Origin: an uncultured Collinsella sp.
GTDB lineage: Bacteria; Actinomycetota; Coriobacteriia; Coriobacteriales; Coriobacteriaceae
Length of the DNA: 64,000 nucleotides
Reading direction: 5' to 3'
NCBI GenBank assembly: GCA_905199545.1
Contig: CAJKGW010000001.1
Coordinates: 144,606-208,605, forward strand
Shown here one piece after another: positions 1 to 8,126 of the stretch. A model generated the notes under the pieces. It was not told the origin of the DNA and made no database searches. It worked only from the letters and a program-made list of their open reading frames with translations. Both the position numbers and the translations under genes were made by a program. How positions within the stretch are numbered: position 1 is the stretch's first letter; each line of letters starts with the position of its first letter.

Positions 1-744
1 CATGCCCTCGCGGCCGGAGCCGGGCTGGCCGGACTTGGCCTCGGCAACGGAGTCGCGCAGGTTCTCGCTGATCAGCTTAATAGCCTCAAAGTGGAACATG
101 TCGGAAAGCTCCCAAGCGCCCTTGGTGGTGTAGCCCTCGATGGCGTGGGTCAGAGCGTCCATGCCGGTGGAAGCGGTCAGGCCGGCGGGCATGGAAGCCA
201 TCATGTCGGGGTCGACGACGGCGACCTCGGGGGCGTCGTTGGTGTCGACGCACACGAACTTGCGGACCTTCTCGGGGTCGGTGATGACGTAGTTGATGGT
301 CACCTCAGCAGCGGTACCGGCGGTCGTCGGCACGGCGATGGTGAACACGGCATGGTTCTTGGTGGGAGCAACGCCCTCGAGGCTGCGGACATCGGCGAAC
401 TCGGGGTTGTTGATGATGATGCCGATAGCCTTGGCGGTGTCCATGGAGGAGCCGCCACCGATGGTCACGATAGCGTCAGCCTCGGCGGCCTTGAAGGCCT
501 CGACGCCGTCCTTGACGTTCTGGATCGTGGGGTTGGGCTTAATCTCGGAGTACAGGCTCCAAGCGATGCCGGCGGCGTCGAGCTCGTCGGTCACCTTAGC
601 GGTAACGCCGAACTTGACCAGGTCGGGGTCGGAGCAGACGAAAATCTTCTTGTAGCCGCGACGCTGGAGCTCGCCGGGGATCTCCTTGATGGCGCCGGAA
701 CCATGATAAGAGATGGTATTGAGAACGAAACGATTAGCCATTGA
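1..744 (-). CDS. fucO: Iron-containing alcohol dehydrogenase, FucO-like lactaldehyde/1,2-propanediol oxidoreductase; 3' end runs off the window
   Basis: Reverse-strand translation begins MANRFVLNTISYHGSGAIKEIPGEL...GGGSSMDTAKAIGIIINNPEFADVRSLEG...PTTAGTAAEVTINYVITD. This is near-identical in motif order to E. coli FucO (GGGSxxD, PTTAGTA). The ATG is at complement 742-744. The ORF is missing from the track because no stop codon lies inside the window. Confidence 0.85.
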
Positions 745-1151
745 TAGCCTCCCATCGTGTGCGGGGCACCCATTACGCCCCGCGCTATGAGTCCCATCCT
801 AACGCTTTTGAAACAAAAAACACGCGAGAACATCAAAAGTGTTAAAGCGTTTCAACGTACTAACGGGGCCTTAGCCCTTCCCTCCCGACAGCAGCGAAGG
901 CTAGATTACAGGAGCAATCGCCCAAAGAATACGATCCACTCAGTCTAAATTATTTCTGCTTTAGCAATATATGTTTAACAGCACGTTTATAAAAGGATAC
1001 TTTGTGGTAAATAACATGCATGCAGCAAATAGCATCATTCATTTTGTTAGAGATTGCCCATGCAGTTATTGTGGCTGCATACACTGCAACGTACAGCGTA
1101 ATTCTCCGCACGAAGCAGACGGCGGTTCCAATTCGATCGAGGCGATGACGC

Positions 1152-1691
1152 ATGGTGGCTACTGGTCCTAAATCGAGCAAGACAGCTACAAACGAATATC
1201 AAATCTCAATTGAAGGTAACCCTTATCCGCATACTCTGGCTCTCATCAACCCAGCGGGAGACAACCTCAACATCAAAAAACATGGGTTCGCGGGTCCATT
1301 AGGACAGCTATTGAGTCTTAAATATACCGTTTATGACGATGCAAATGAAAAACTCTTCACTGTCGTCGACGGCGGTTTTAGCAACATGCCCAGGGTTGCG
1401 CTCATCATCGAACACGAGGAAGTTGCGGTGTTCGATTATGGCTTAAACAGACTTGAGATGAAGTGCGTAACGAACATACCGAATTACACAATAAAAGGTA
1501 ACTTCCTATTTGGAGATTACGGTATATTCAGCCAACGGGAAGTGAAGCTATCTTCAGTTATCGTCCTTCAATGTGATAAACAATCGTGCTTTAGCATACA
1601 GGTTTTGGATAAAGCCGAATTAGCCGCCGCAATTGGAATACCTACAGCCATTGCCCTTCTTAAGGCTCGGATTGAAGAGCATCTCGAATAA
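1152..1691 (+). CDS. Hypothetical protein encoded in a low-GC island
   Basis: 179-aa ORF with a GAGG-like SD about 9 nt upstream. The surrounding ~0.95-1.75 kb is visibly AT-rich compared with the flanks. No recognisable motif. Confidence 0.5.
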   Translation: MVATGPKSSKTATNEYQISIEGNPYPHTLALINPAGDNLNIKKHGFAGPLGQLLSLKYTVYDDANEKLFTVVDGGFSNMPRVALIIEHEEVAVFDYGLNRLEMKCVTNIPNYTIKGNFLFGDYGIFSQREVKLSSVIVLQCDKQSCFSIQVLDKAELAAAIGIPTAIALLKARIEEHLE

Positions 1692-1704
1692 ATCGCAAAA
1701 AGCA

Positions 1705-1763
1705 GTTCGTAACAGCATTCAGGAGCTAGATAGTTTTTCTGGCTCCTGAATGTCGTTACGAAC
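1705..1763. terminator. Long hairpin that could terminate transcription in both directions, between convergent genes
   Basis: gttcgtaacagcattcaggagc...ggctcctgaatgtcgttacgaac gives a ~21-bp stem with a T-rich loop. Confidence 0.5.
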
Positions 1764-1770
1764 ATGCACC

Positions 1771-2490
1771 TTAGCGCTTAAGACTCGTGGTCTGCCAGTC
1801 AGCTACGATGCGGGCCCATTTCCTGTGCAAATCGCGTTCACGGTCGATAAACATGATGGCAAACGCGATAAACAGCAGCACGCTCGCCACCGCAATGGCG
1901 TGCAGGCCCATGCGCTCAATACACCAGTTGCCCAGCACGGCGCCAAACACAAAGGTGAAGATCACGCCAAAGTACAGTGCGCCGTTTTCCAAAAAGCCGC
2001 GCTTGTGGGTGATGATATAGTCGTCCACGTTTTGCAGGGCGTTGCGCAAGTTGCCGATGCACATGGTCGTAGCGATGCCGTGTCCATGAATCTTGCGGAA
2101 GCTCTCGACCTGCATACCGCAAGCAAACGAGGTAAGGCAGTTGGCGAGCAGGTTGAAATCGCCACCGGGGATAAAGCTCACGCCCAGCAAGATGACGGCT
2201 TCAAAGAACACCGTCACCTGGCGCCAGTGAATCACGCTGCCAAACCGCTCGTGTACCAGGTCGGCAAGCATAATGCCCACGGCAAACGACACCACGGGGA
2301 AGAAATAGCGTCCCGCGAGCGCCCAATTGCCCTCCGAGATGCTCACGCCCACCAGCAGGATATTGCCTGTCTGCGCGTTGGCGAAAACATGGTCGCGCCC
2401 AATGTACGAATACACGTCCATAAAGCCACCAGCGAGCGCCAGAATGATGCCCAGCTCGATGGACTCCGATATCTGCTTGGCACGCTGCAT
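1771..2490 (-). CDS. YoaK/DUF1275 family membrane protein
   Basis: Multi-TM protein with a DUF1275-like profile. The likely start is the internal M (MQRAKQ...) rather than the long ORF start at 2727. Confidence 0.7.
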   Translation of the reverse strand: MQRAKQISESIELGIILALAGGFMDVYSYIGRDHVFANAQTGNILLVGVSISEGNWALAGRYFFPVVSFAVGIMLADLVHERFGSVIHWRQVTVFFEAVILLGVSFIPGGDFNLLANCLTSFACGMQVESFRKIHGHGIATTMCIGNLRNALQNVDDYIITHKRGFLENGALYFGVIFTFVFGAVLGNWCIERMGLHAIAVASVLLFIAFAIMFIDRERDLHRKWARIVADWQTTSLKR

Positions 2491-2746
2491 CGTCGTGCGG
2501 CCTCCTTGTTGACGACCCTCTCGTGCGTTGGCGGAGACATAGCCGCCGTTCATACTGTAACCCATTGACAACATGGCGTGCGCGCGAGACGGGCTCCCCA
2601 ACGCGCAGATACACAGTCTGGAAACAAACGGCGGGCGCGGCGCCACACCCGACGCCCGACGCCTCGTGTACTCCACCAGTCTTTTTAGCCCCGTCCCAAA
2701 AAGACTGGTTACAATTACGTGCAGCATACAAACACCGGGAGGGATC

Positions 2747-4888
2747 GTGGCAAAAAAGCCTCAGCACGCTCAGAACAACCAGCGCAGTCAGCAGGGCAAA
2801 CAGGGCCAGCAACAAAAGCGCGGCGGCAAGGCGCAGGCCACGGTCGCCCGCACCAAGCATTCCCAAGCGACGCCCGCCCGCCCCTGGCGGCCGGGCCGCG
2901 ATAAGTTCCTCCCCGTCAGCCGCGCCGACATGGATGCGCGCGGCTGGGACCAGTGCGACTTTGTCTACATCTGCGGCGACGCCTACGTGGACCATCCCAG
3001 CTTTGGTATGGCCATCGTCAGCCGCGTCCTCGACGCGCACGGCTACAAGGTGGGCATCATCTGCCAGCCCGACTGGACCGACCCCGCCAGCATCACCGTG
3101 CTTGGCGAGCCGCGCCTGGGCTTTCTCGTCAGCGCCGGCAACATGGACTCCATGGTCAACCACTATTCGGTGACCAAGCACCGCCGCCACACCGACGCCT
3201 ATACCCCTGGTGGCGAGGAGGGGCGCCGTCCCAATCGTGCCGTCACGGTCTACGGCAACCTCATCCGCCAGACGTTCAAGGACGCTCCCATCATCATCGG
3301 CGGCATCGAGGCAAGCCTGCGCCGCCTGGCCCACTACGACTACTGGCAGGACAAGCTCAAGCGCTCGGTACTGCTCGACTCGGGCGCCGACATCCTCATC
3401 TACGGCATGGGCGAGCACGCGATTGTCGAGATCGCCGACGCGCTCGATGCGGGGCTGCCCGTCGATCAGATCACCTATATCAACGGCACCGTCTACCGCA
3501 CGGGCTCGCTCGACGAGGTCTACGACTACGACCTGCTGCCCAGCTGGGACGACCTTACCGCCGACAAGCTCAACTACGCGCGCAGCTTTAACGTGCAGCA
3601 GCAGAATATGGACCCCATCACCGGTCATCGCCTGGTAGAGCCCTACCCCAACAGCGTCTATGTGGTGCAGAACCCGCCGTCGGCGACACTCACCACCGAC
3701 GAGATGGACGAGGTGGCCGAACTCCCCTACGCACGCGATTGGCATCCCGACTACGACACGGCGGGCGGCGTGCCGGCCTTTGCCGAGATCAAGTTTTCAA
3801 TTAGCTCCAACCGCGGCTGTTTTGGCGAGTGCTCGTTTTGCGCCCTCACCTTCCACCAAGGCCGCGTGCTGCAGATGCGCAGCCACGACTCGATCATGCG
3901 CGAGGCCGAGCTGCTCACGCGCGATCCCGAGTTTAAGGGCTACATCAACGACGTGGGAGGACCAACGGCCAACTTTAGCCGTCCCGCCTGCGACAAGCAG
4001 CTCAAGCACGGCGTATGCAAGAACAAGCGCTGCCTGTGGCCGAGCGTGTGCAAGAACATGGTGGTCGACGAGAGCGGCTACACGCAGCTGCTGCGCGACC
4101 TGCGTCAGCTGCCGGGCGTCAAAAAGGTCTTCGTGCGCAGCGGCATCCGCTTTGACTACACCATGGCCGACGCCTCGGACGAGTTTTTGCGAGAGCTGCT
4201 GGAGCATCATGTCTCGGGCCAGCTACGCGTGGCGCCCGAGCATGTGAGCGATGCGGTGCTGTCCGTGATGGGCAAACCGAGCCGTGCCGTCTACGACGCG
4301 TTCTGCCGTAAATTTGAACGCTTGAACCGCGAATACGGACTCAAGCAGTACGTGGTGCCGTATCTGATCTCGAGCCATCCCGGCTCGACGATGAAGGAAG
4401 CCGTGGACCTTGCCGAGGCCGTGCGCGACATGGGCTATATGCCCGAGCAGGTGCAGGACTTCTACCCCACGCCGTCCACCATGTCGACCTGCATGTACTA
4501 CACCGGCGTGGATCCGCGCACCATGGAGCCGATCTACGTAGCCCGCGACCCGCACGAGAAGGCCATGCAGCGCGCGCTCATCCAGTACCGCAAGCCCGAG
4601 AACTACAAGCTCGTGCGCGAAGCACTGGAAAAGGCCGGGCGTCGTGACCTGATCGGCTACACCAAGCATTGCCTGATTCGCCCCGTGCCGCCGCGCCCGG
4701 GCGAGACGTCTGCTGGCGGTGGGCATGGCACCGGCAAGAAGGGCGGCAAGGCCCACGGTGGCGCCGCCGGCAAGGGGCCCAAGGGCAGCAAGGGGCGCAG
4801 TGGCATGTCGCGCGCGCAGAACACCGCAGGCCGCAACCGCGCGGCGCAGGGGCGTCAGGGCGCCAACGGCGGCGGCAGGCGCAACTAG
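2747..4888 (+). CDS. ygiQ: YgiQ family radical SAM protein (UPF0313) with low-complexity N- and C-terminal tails
   Basis: FLPVSRADMDARGWDQCDFVYICGDAYVDHPSFG matches the YgiQ N-terminal signature. CFGECSFC is the radical-SAM Cys cluster. The start is ambiguous. GTG at 2747 has a GGGAGGG SD, and ATG at 2930 is the alternative. The C-terminus is a K/G-rich tail. Confidence 0.85.
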   Translation: MAKKPQHAQNNQRSQQGKQGQQQKRGGKAQATVARTKHSQATPARPWRPGRDKFLPVSRADMDARGWDQCDFVYICGDAYVDHPSFGMAIVSRVLDAHGYKVGIICQPDWTDPASITVLGEPRLGFLVSAGNMDSMVNHYSVTKHRRHTDAYTPGGEEGRRPNRAVTVYGNLIRQTFKDAPIIIGGIEASLRRLAHYDYWQDKLKRSVLLDSGADILIYGMGEHAIVEIADALDAGLPVDQITYINGTVYRTGSLDEVYDYDLLPSWDDLTADKLNYARSFNVQQQNMDPITGHRLVEPYPNSVYVVQNPPSATLTTDEMDEVAELPYARDWHPDYDTAGGVPAFAEIKFSISSNRGCFGECSFCALTFHQGRVLQMRSHDSIMREAELLTRDPEFKGYINDVGGPTANFSRPACDKQLKHGVCKNKRCLWPSVCKNMVVDESGYTQLLRDLRQLPGVKKVFVRSGIRFDYTMADASDEFLRELLEHHVSGQLRVAPEHVSDAVLSVMGKPSRAVYDAFCRKFERLNREYGLKQYVVPYLISSHPGSTMKEAVDLAEAVRDMGYMPEQVQDFYPTPSTMSTCMYYTGVDPRTMEPIYVARDPHEKAMQRALIQYRKPENYKLVREALEKAGRRDLIGYTKHCLIRPVPPRPGETSAGGGHGTGKKGGKAHGGAAGKGPKGSKGRSGMSRAQNTAGRNRAAQGRQGANGGGRRN

Positions 4889-4942
4889 GGCAGCGAGGGC
4901 CAGCCGGCGTCTCATGGCCAGCCGGCGTCCTTTCATCGGCCA

Positions 4943-5094
4943 AGCGTGTTTTCCCTAGGGGGAACACGCTTGGGCTGTCTCCAGTCGTGTTTTCCCTAGG
5001 GGGAACACGCTCAGACACACCTAGCCGTGTTTTCCTTAGGGGAATCACAGCAGATTTGTTTTTATCCACGTTGGCCCTTAAGGGAATCACGCTT
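4943..5094. repeat. Four tandem copies (period ~41-42 bp) of a palindromic unit AGCGTGTTTTCCCTAGGGGGAACACGCT, progressively degenerate
   Basis: Direct reading. Copies start at approximately 4943, 4985, 5026 and 5067. The array lies between convergent ygiQ and the CPBP gene. The last copy overlaps the CPBP 3' end. Confidence 0.65.
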
Positions 5095-5995
5095 GCTGGT
5101 AGGGACGATCCGTCTGGCACGTCAGCTTGAGCGACCGCATCGCCTCTACCAGTACAAAGCCGGCGATGGCAACCGTGACCGCCACGTCGAGCGGCGTGTT
5201 CACAAACCACAGCAGGCCCATCAGGTACGACCCGGCATTAAAGGCAAAGTGCAGCAGGATCGTGTAGCGGAGCTTTCCGGTCGTCACGAGCACCCAACCA
5301 AAGATGAGGCCGGCGGCGCCCGCGTAGCAACCCTGCACCCAATTCATGTGCATAAAACCGAAGATTGCCGCCTGCAACACAGTCGCCGCGGCGATACCCC
5401 ACGTGCTTGGAGCCGCCCAGGGCACCATGGCGCCGTCCTGTGCGCTCGCACGACGCCGGCGTTTCCAGAGCGGACGGCACTGCGGGTTAAACGCTCGGAG
5501 CGAAAACTCAAAAATGATACCGCGCACCAGCAGCTCCTCGCAAAACGGAGCGCCGAGCACCGTGGTCAGGACGGACAGATAGCTCGTGTCGCCCATGCCC
5601 GTCTCCTCGACAAGTTCGCTATAATCGGCCGCGGCATCAGGCAACAGCGACAGCACAGCGTCGGTCACGTAGCCAACGACCACCTGCAGGGCAAGACCGA
5701 TCACGATAACGCAGGCGATGCGTTTCCACGCCCCACGCGCTCCCCCGCCAAGCGGACGCTCGTCCTGCCAGCGCGCCATAAACGAGCGCGGCCACAGATA
5801 ACGCCACCACAGCAGCGCCATCAAAAACGATGCCGTCTGAGCGGCAGCCTGGAACCATTGGATATCGAGATTGTCGATCGGATAGCCCATCAGCACCGAC
5901 ACGGCATCGAGAACTGAAAACAGAACCGCGCTCAGGGCTATATCGGCAGCGACGACGCCAAAACAGGCAAGCGCCCAAATCATCGCATTGAGCAT
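5087..5995 (-). CDS. CPBP family intramembrane metalloprotease (CAAX protease / Abi domain)
   Basis: Motifs EELLVRG, FGFMHM and HFAFN are present in a multi-TM protein. The ATG is at complement 5993-5995 with a GAGGAGG SD 5 nt upstream. Confidence 0.8.
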   Translation of the reverse strand: MLNAMIWALACFGVVAADIALSAVLFSVLDAVSVLMGYPIDNLDIQWFQAAAQTASFLMALLWWRYLWPRSFMARWQDERPLGGGARGAWKRIACVIVIGLALQVVVGYVTDAVLSLLPDAAADYSELVEETGMGDTSYLSVLTTVLGAPFCEELLVRGIIFEFSLRAFNPQCRPLWKRRRRASAQDGAMVPWAAPSTWGIAAATVLQAAIFGFMHMNWVQGCYAGAAGLIFGWVLVTTGKLRYTILLHFAFNAGSYLMGLLWFVNTPLDVAVTVAIAGFVLVEAMRSLKLTCQTDRPYQQA

Positions 5996-6049
5996 GCCAA
6001 CCTCCTCAAAACCGTTCCCTAGTTCTACCACAACTCGGCAGAGAGCTGA

Positions 6050-6080
6050 TCCCATGGGGACGGAGGAAAACGGATCACTT
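6050..6080. repeat. Copy 1 of a ~28-bp direct repeat CCCATGGGGACGGAGGAAAACGGATCAC
   Basis: Direct reading. A second copy sits at 6448-6478. Confidence 0.7.
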
Positions 6081-6279
6081 ATTGATGAGAATCGGGCGCA
6101 GTGCCAAAGGCCCCGTTGGGCGAAATGTCGAACGGAAAGGTGCCGCAGCGATTAAACGCGGCGATAAACATGCGGATGGCGTTGGACGGCGTGGTGCCCA
6201 CGAGTTGGGTTGCCGCCGCGAAGGCCGCCTTTTCCTCGGGCAAGACCTTCGCGACAACCGGGGTCATGTGTTCTGCCAT
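6079..6279 (-). CDS. RelB/DinJ-family antitoxin-like small protein (COG3077)
   Basis: 66 aa, MAEHMTPVVAKVLPEEKAAFAAATQLVGTTPSNAIRMFIAAFNRCGTFPFDI. This fits the DinJ pattern (DxxLK...LGLTxSxAIRMFL...IPF). An AAGGAAG SD lies upstream. Confidence 0.6.
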   Translation of the reverse strand: MAEHMTPVVAKVLPEEKAAFAAATQLVGTTPSNAIRMFIAAFNRCGTFPFDISPNGAFGTAPDSHQ

Positions 6280-6447
6280 GGCGCTTCCTTTTTGAAACGA
6301 CGGTGGTGCGGATAGATGCGGGCCACGCGGCTGGGCGACGGGCTGTGAAGGCAACCCGATTGGCCCGCATCTGGAGTTTGTTTCTGCGGCGTTGGTATTA
6401 CTTGGTATCCCTAAGTATTACCCCCCAGATAGAATACCACAGCCGAC

Positions 6448-6478
6448 CCCATTGGGACGGAGGAAAAACGGATCATTT
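6448..6478. repeat. Copy 2 of the ~28-bp direct repeat CCCATTGGGACGGAGGAAAAACGGATCAT
   Basis: Direct reading. Each copy contains a CCCATGGG or CCCAATGGG palindrome and a GGAGGAAAA stretch. Confidence 0.7.
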
Positions 6479-6740
6479 TGTTGCTGAATGAGTATTTAGA
6501 GCGTGATGATGCCCGAGACATTGAGGGCCCGAGCGTCAGCGGCATCGTGCGTGGCAAGCAACAGTATGCGGCCGCCGCGCGTCAGCAGAAAACCTCATGC
6601 CCTGCATCGATGTCGGATAGCCCATCCCCCATATCAGCCCTTTGCACCAAACGACAATGCCCCGTCCGCGCAAGCACGCGAACGGGGCATTGGTCAAGTT
6701 TTGCGGTCAGCGACCCTTTTGTGCCAGCGTCCTTCTGTCT

Positions 6741-8123
6741 TTAGCTAAGCTCGGGCCAGTAACCCTTGTTGGCCTCGATCATGTCGTCGAGAACCTCCTT
6801 GGCGACCTTCATCGAAGGCACGGTCTTGTTGAGCGTGAAGGCCTTGAGTGCCTTCTCGTACGAGCCCTCGATCGTGGCCTCGACCACGAGCTTCTCGGAG
6901 TTCAGCTGCTGCATCATGAGGCCCTGCTGGAACAGAGGAATATTGTCGCGGCTGATGACCTCGGGGCCGTTCTTGCCAATGTAGGCAGGCAGCTCGACCA
7001 TGGCGTCGTAGGGCATGTTGGGAATAGCGCCCTTGTTCTCGCAGATGACCAGGAAGCGCTGCTTGGTATCGTTCTTCAGAGCGATTGCCAGGTCGGCGAT
7101 CCAGTCGCCGTGGCTGCCCGCATAGAACGTGCTCTCGTCGATCTCGCCCGTCTTCTCGTAGTGGTCGATGCCGTCGAAGAGGTTCTTCTCGCGCGTCTCC
7201 TCAACCTCGTTTGCACGGGTGCGCTCGGGGTTGGAATGCTCGACGAACTCCTTCTGCTGCAGGTAGTAGTTCAGGTACGTGTTGGGCAGGTACTCCGGGA
7301 AGCACTCCATGATCTCGTACTCGCCCTTCCAGACGTAGTACCAGCTGCCCTTGGTGTGGCGGTTCTGCTCGGGGTGCTCGTCAGTGGCCTCCTCGGGCTT
7401 CTTTGCCATGAGCGAGCCCATGCCCTTGAGGTAGGAGTCGGGCAGCAGAATCTCATGCTCCTTGATGTACTCGCGCAGCTGCGGGAGCACCTCCTCGCCC
7501 TTGTGGCGGATCGAGGTGAACCAACCAAAGTGGTTGAGGCCAAAGTAATCGTACTCGACATCCTTCTTGTCGATATCGAGTGCGGCGCAAACCACGTCGA
7601 TGATCGCGATCGGCATGTCGCAGATGTTGATGATGCGAGCGTTGGGGCGCAGCACACGGCAGCCCTCGGACACGATGGCGGCAGGGTTGGAGTAGTTGAG
7701 AATCCAGTAGTCCTTCTTGGCGTACTTCTCGACGTCATCGATCAGCTCGACCATGGGGAAGATGGTGCGCATGCCGTAGGCAAGGCCGCCGCAACCGCAG
7801 GTCTCCTGGCCCACGCAGCCGTGACGCAGCGGAATCTTCTCGTCCTGCTCGCGCATGGCGTAGCCGCCCACGCGCATCTGGGCAAACACGAAGCTCGCGT
7901 CGGTAAAAGCCGTCTTTTTGTCGGTGGTCACCGTAAGCTTGATGTCCAGGCCGAGGTCCTCGTGCAAAATCCAGTCCACGAGCACGCCGATCTTGCGCTG
8001 GCGCTCCTCGTTGATGTCGTACAGACGAATCTCGTCAACATCGAGCTCGTCCTTGCGCAGGGCGATGGACTTGACGATGCCGGGGGTAAAGGTGGATCCG
8101 CCACCACACAGAGTAATGATCAT
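6741..8123 (-). CDS. glvA: GH4 6-phospho-alpha-glucosidase (maltose-6'-phosphate glucosidase, GlvA/MalH-like)
   Basis: Strong motif-by-motif match to B. subtilis GlvA: NYSNPAAIV, NICDMP, GLNHFGWF, PNTYLNYYL, SNPERTRANEV, ENKGAIPNMPYDAMVELP, EANKGYWPEL. GAAGGAG SD. Confidence 0.9.
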   Translation of the reverse strand: MIITLCGGGSTFTPGIVKSIALRKDELDVDEIRLYDINEERQRKIGVLVDWILHEDLGLDIKLTVTTDKKTAFTDASFVFAQMRVGGYAMREQDEKIPLRHGCVGQETCGCGGLAYGMRTIFPMVELIDDVEKYAKKDYWILNYSNPAAIVSEGCRVLRPNARIINICDMPIAIIDVVCAALDIDKKDVEYDYFGLNHFGWFTSIRHKGEEVLPQLREYIKEHEILLPDSYLKGMGSLMAKKPEEATDEHPEQNRHTKGSWYYVWKGEYEIMECFPEYLPNTYLNYYLQQKEFVEHSNPERTRANEVEETREKNLFDGIDHYEKTGEIDESTFYAGSHGDWIADLAIALKNDTKQRFLVICENKGAIPNMPYDAMVELPAYIGKNGPEVISRDNIPLFQQGLMMQQLNSEKLVVEATIEGSYEKALKAFTLNKTVPSMKVAKEVLDDMIEANKGYWPELS

Positions 8124-8126
8124 TGT

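Noticed and set aside
91-744. Plus-strand 217-aa ORF and many other long ORFs antisense to annotated genes (for example 6642-9689+, 11595-13922+, 25800-28517+, 46010-48790+, 18133-19827+, 2201-3745-)
   Set aside because: These are GC-rich, Gly/Ala/Arg/Val-rich low-complexity translations lying entirely opposite strongly supported genes. This is the typical stop-codon-poor antisense frame of a high-GC genome.
4669-5130. 153-aa ORF with repeated VFPRGNTL-like peptide motifs
   Set aside because: It is the translation of the tandem palindromic DNA repeats at 4943-5094 and not a protein gene.
5087-6279. A RelE/YafQ/ParE-type toxin partner for the DinJ-like gene
   Set aside because: No small basic ORF of 80-100 aa lies downstream or upstream. 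The downstream gene is a 302-aa CPBP protease.
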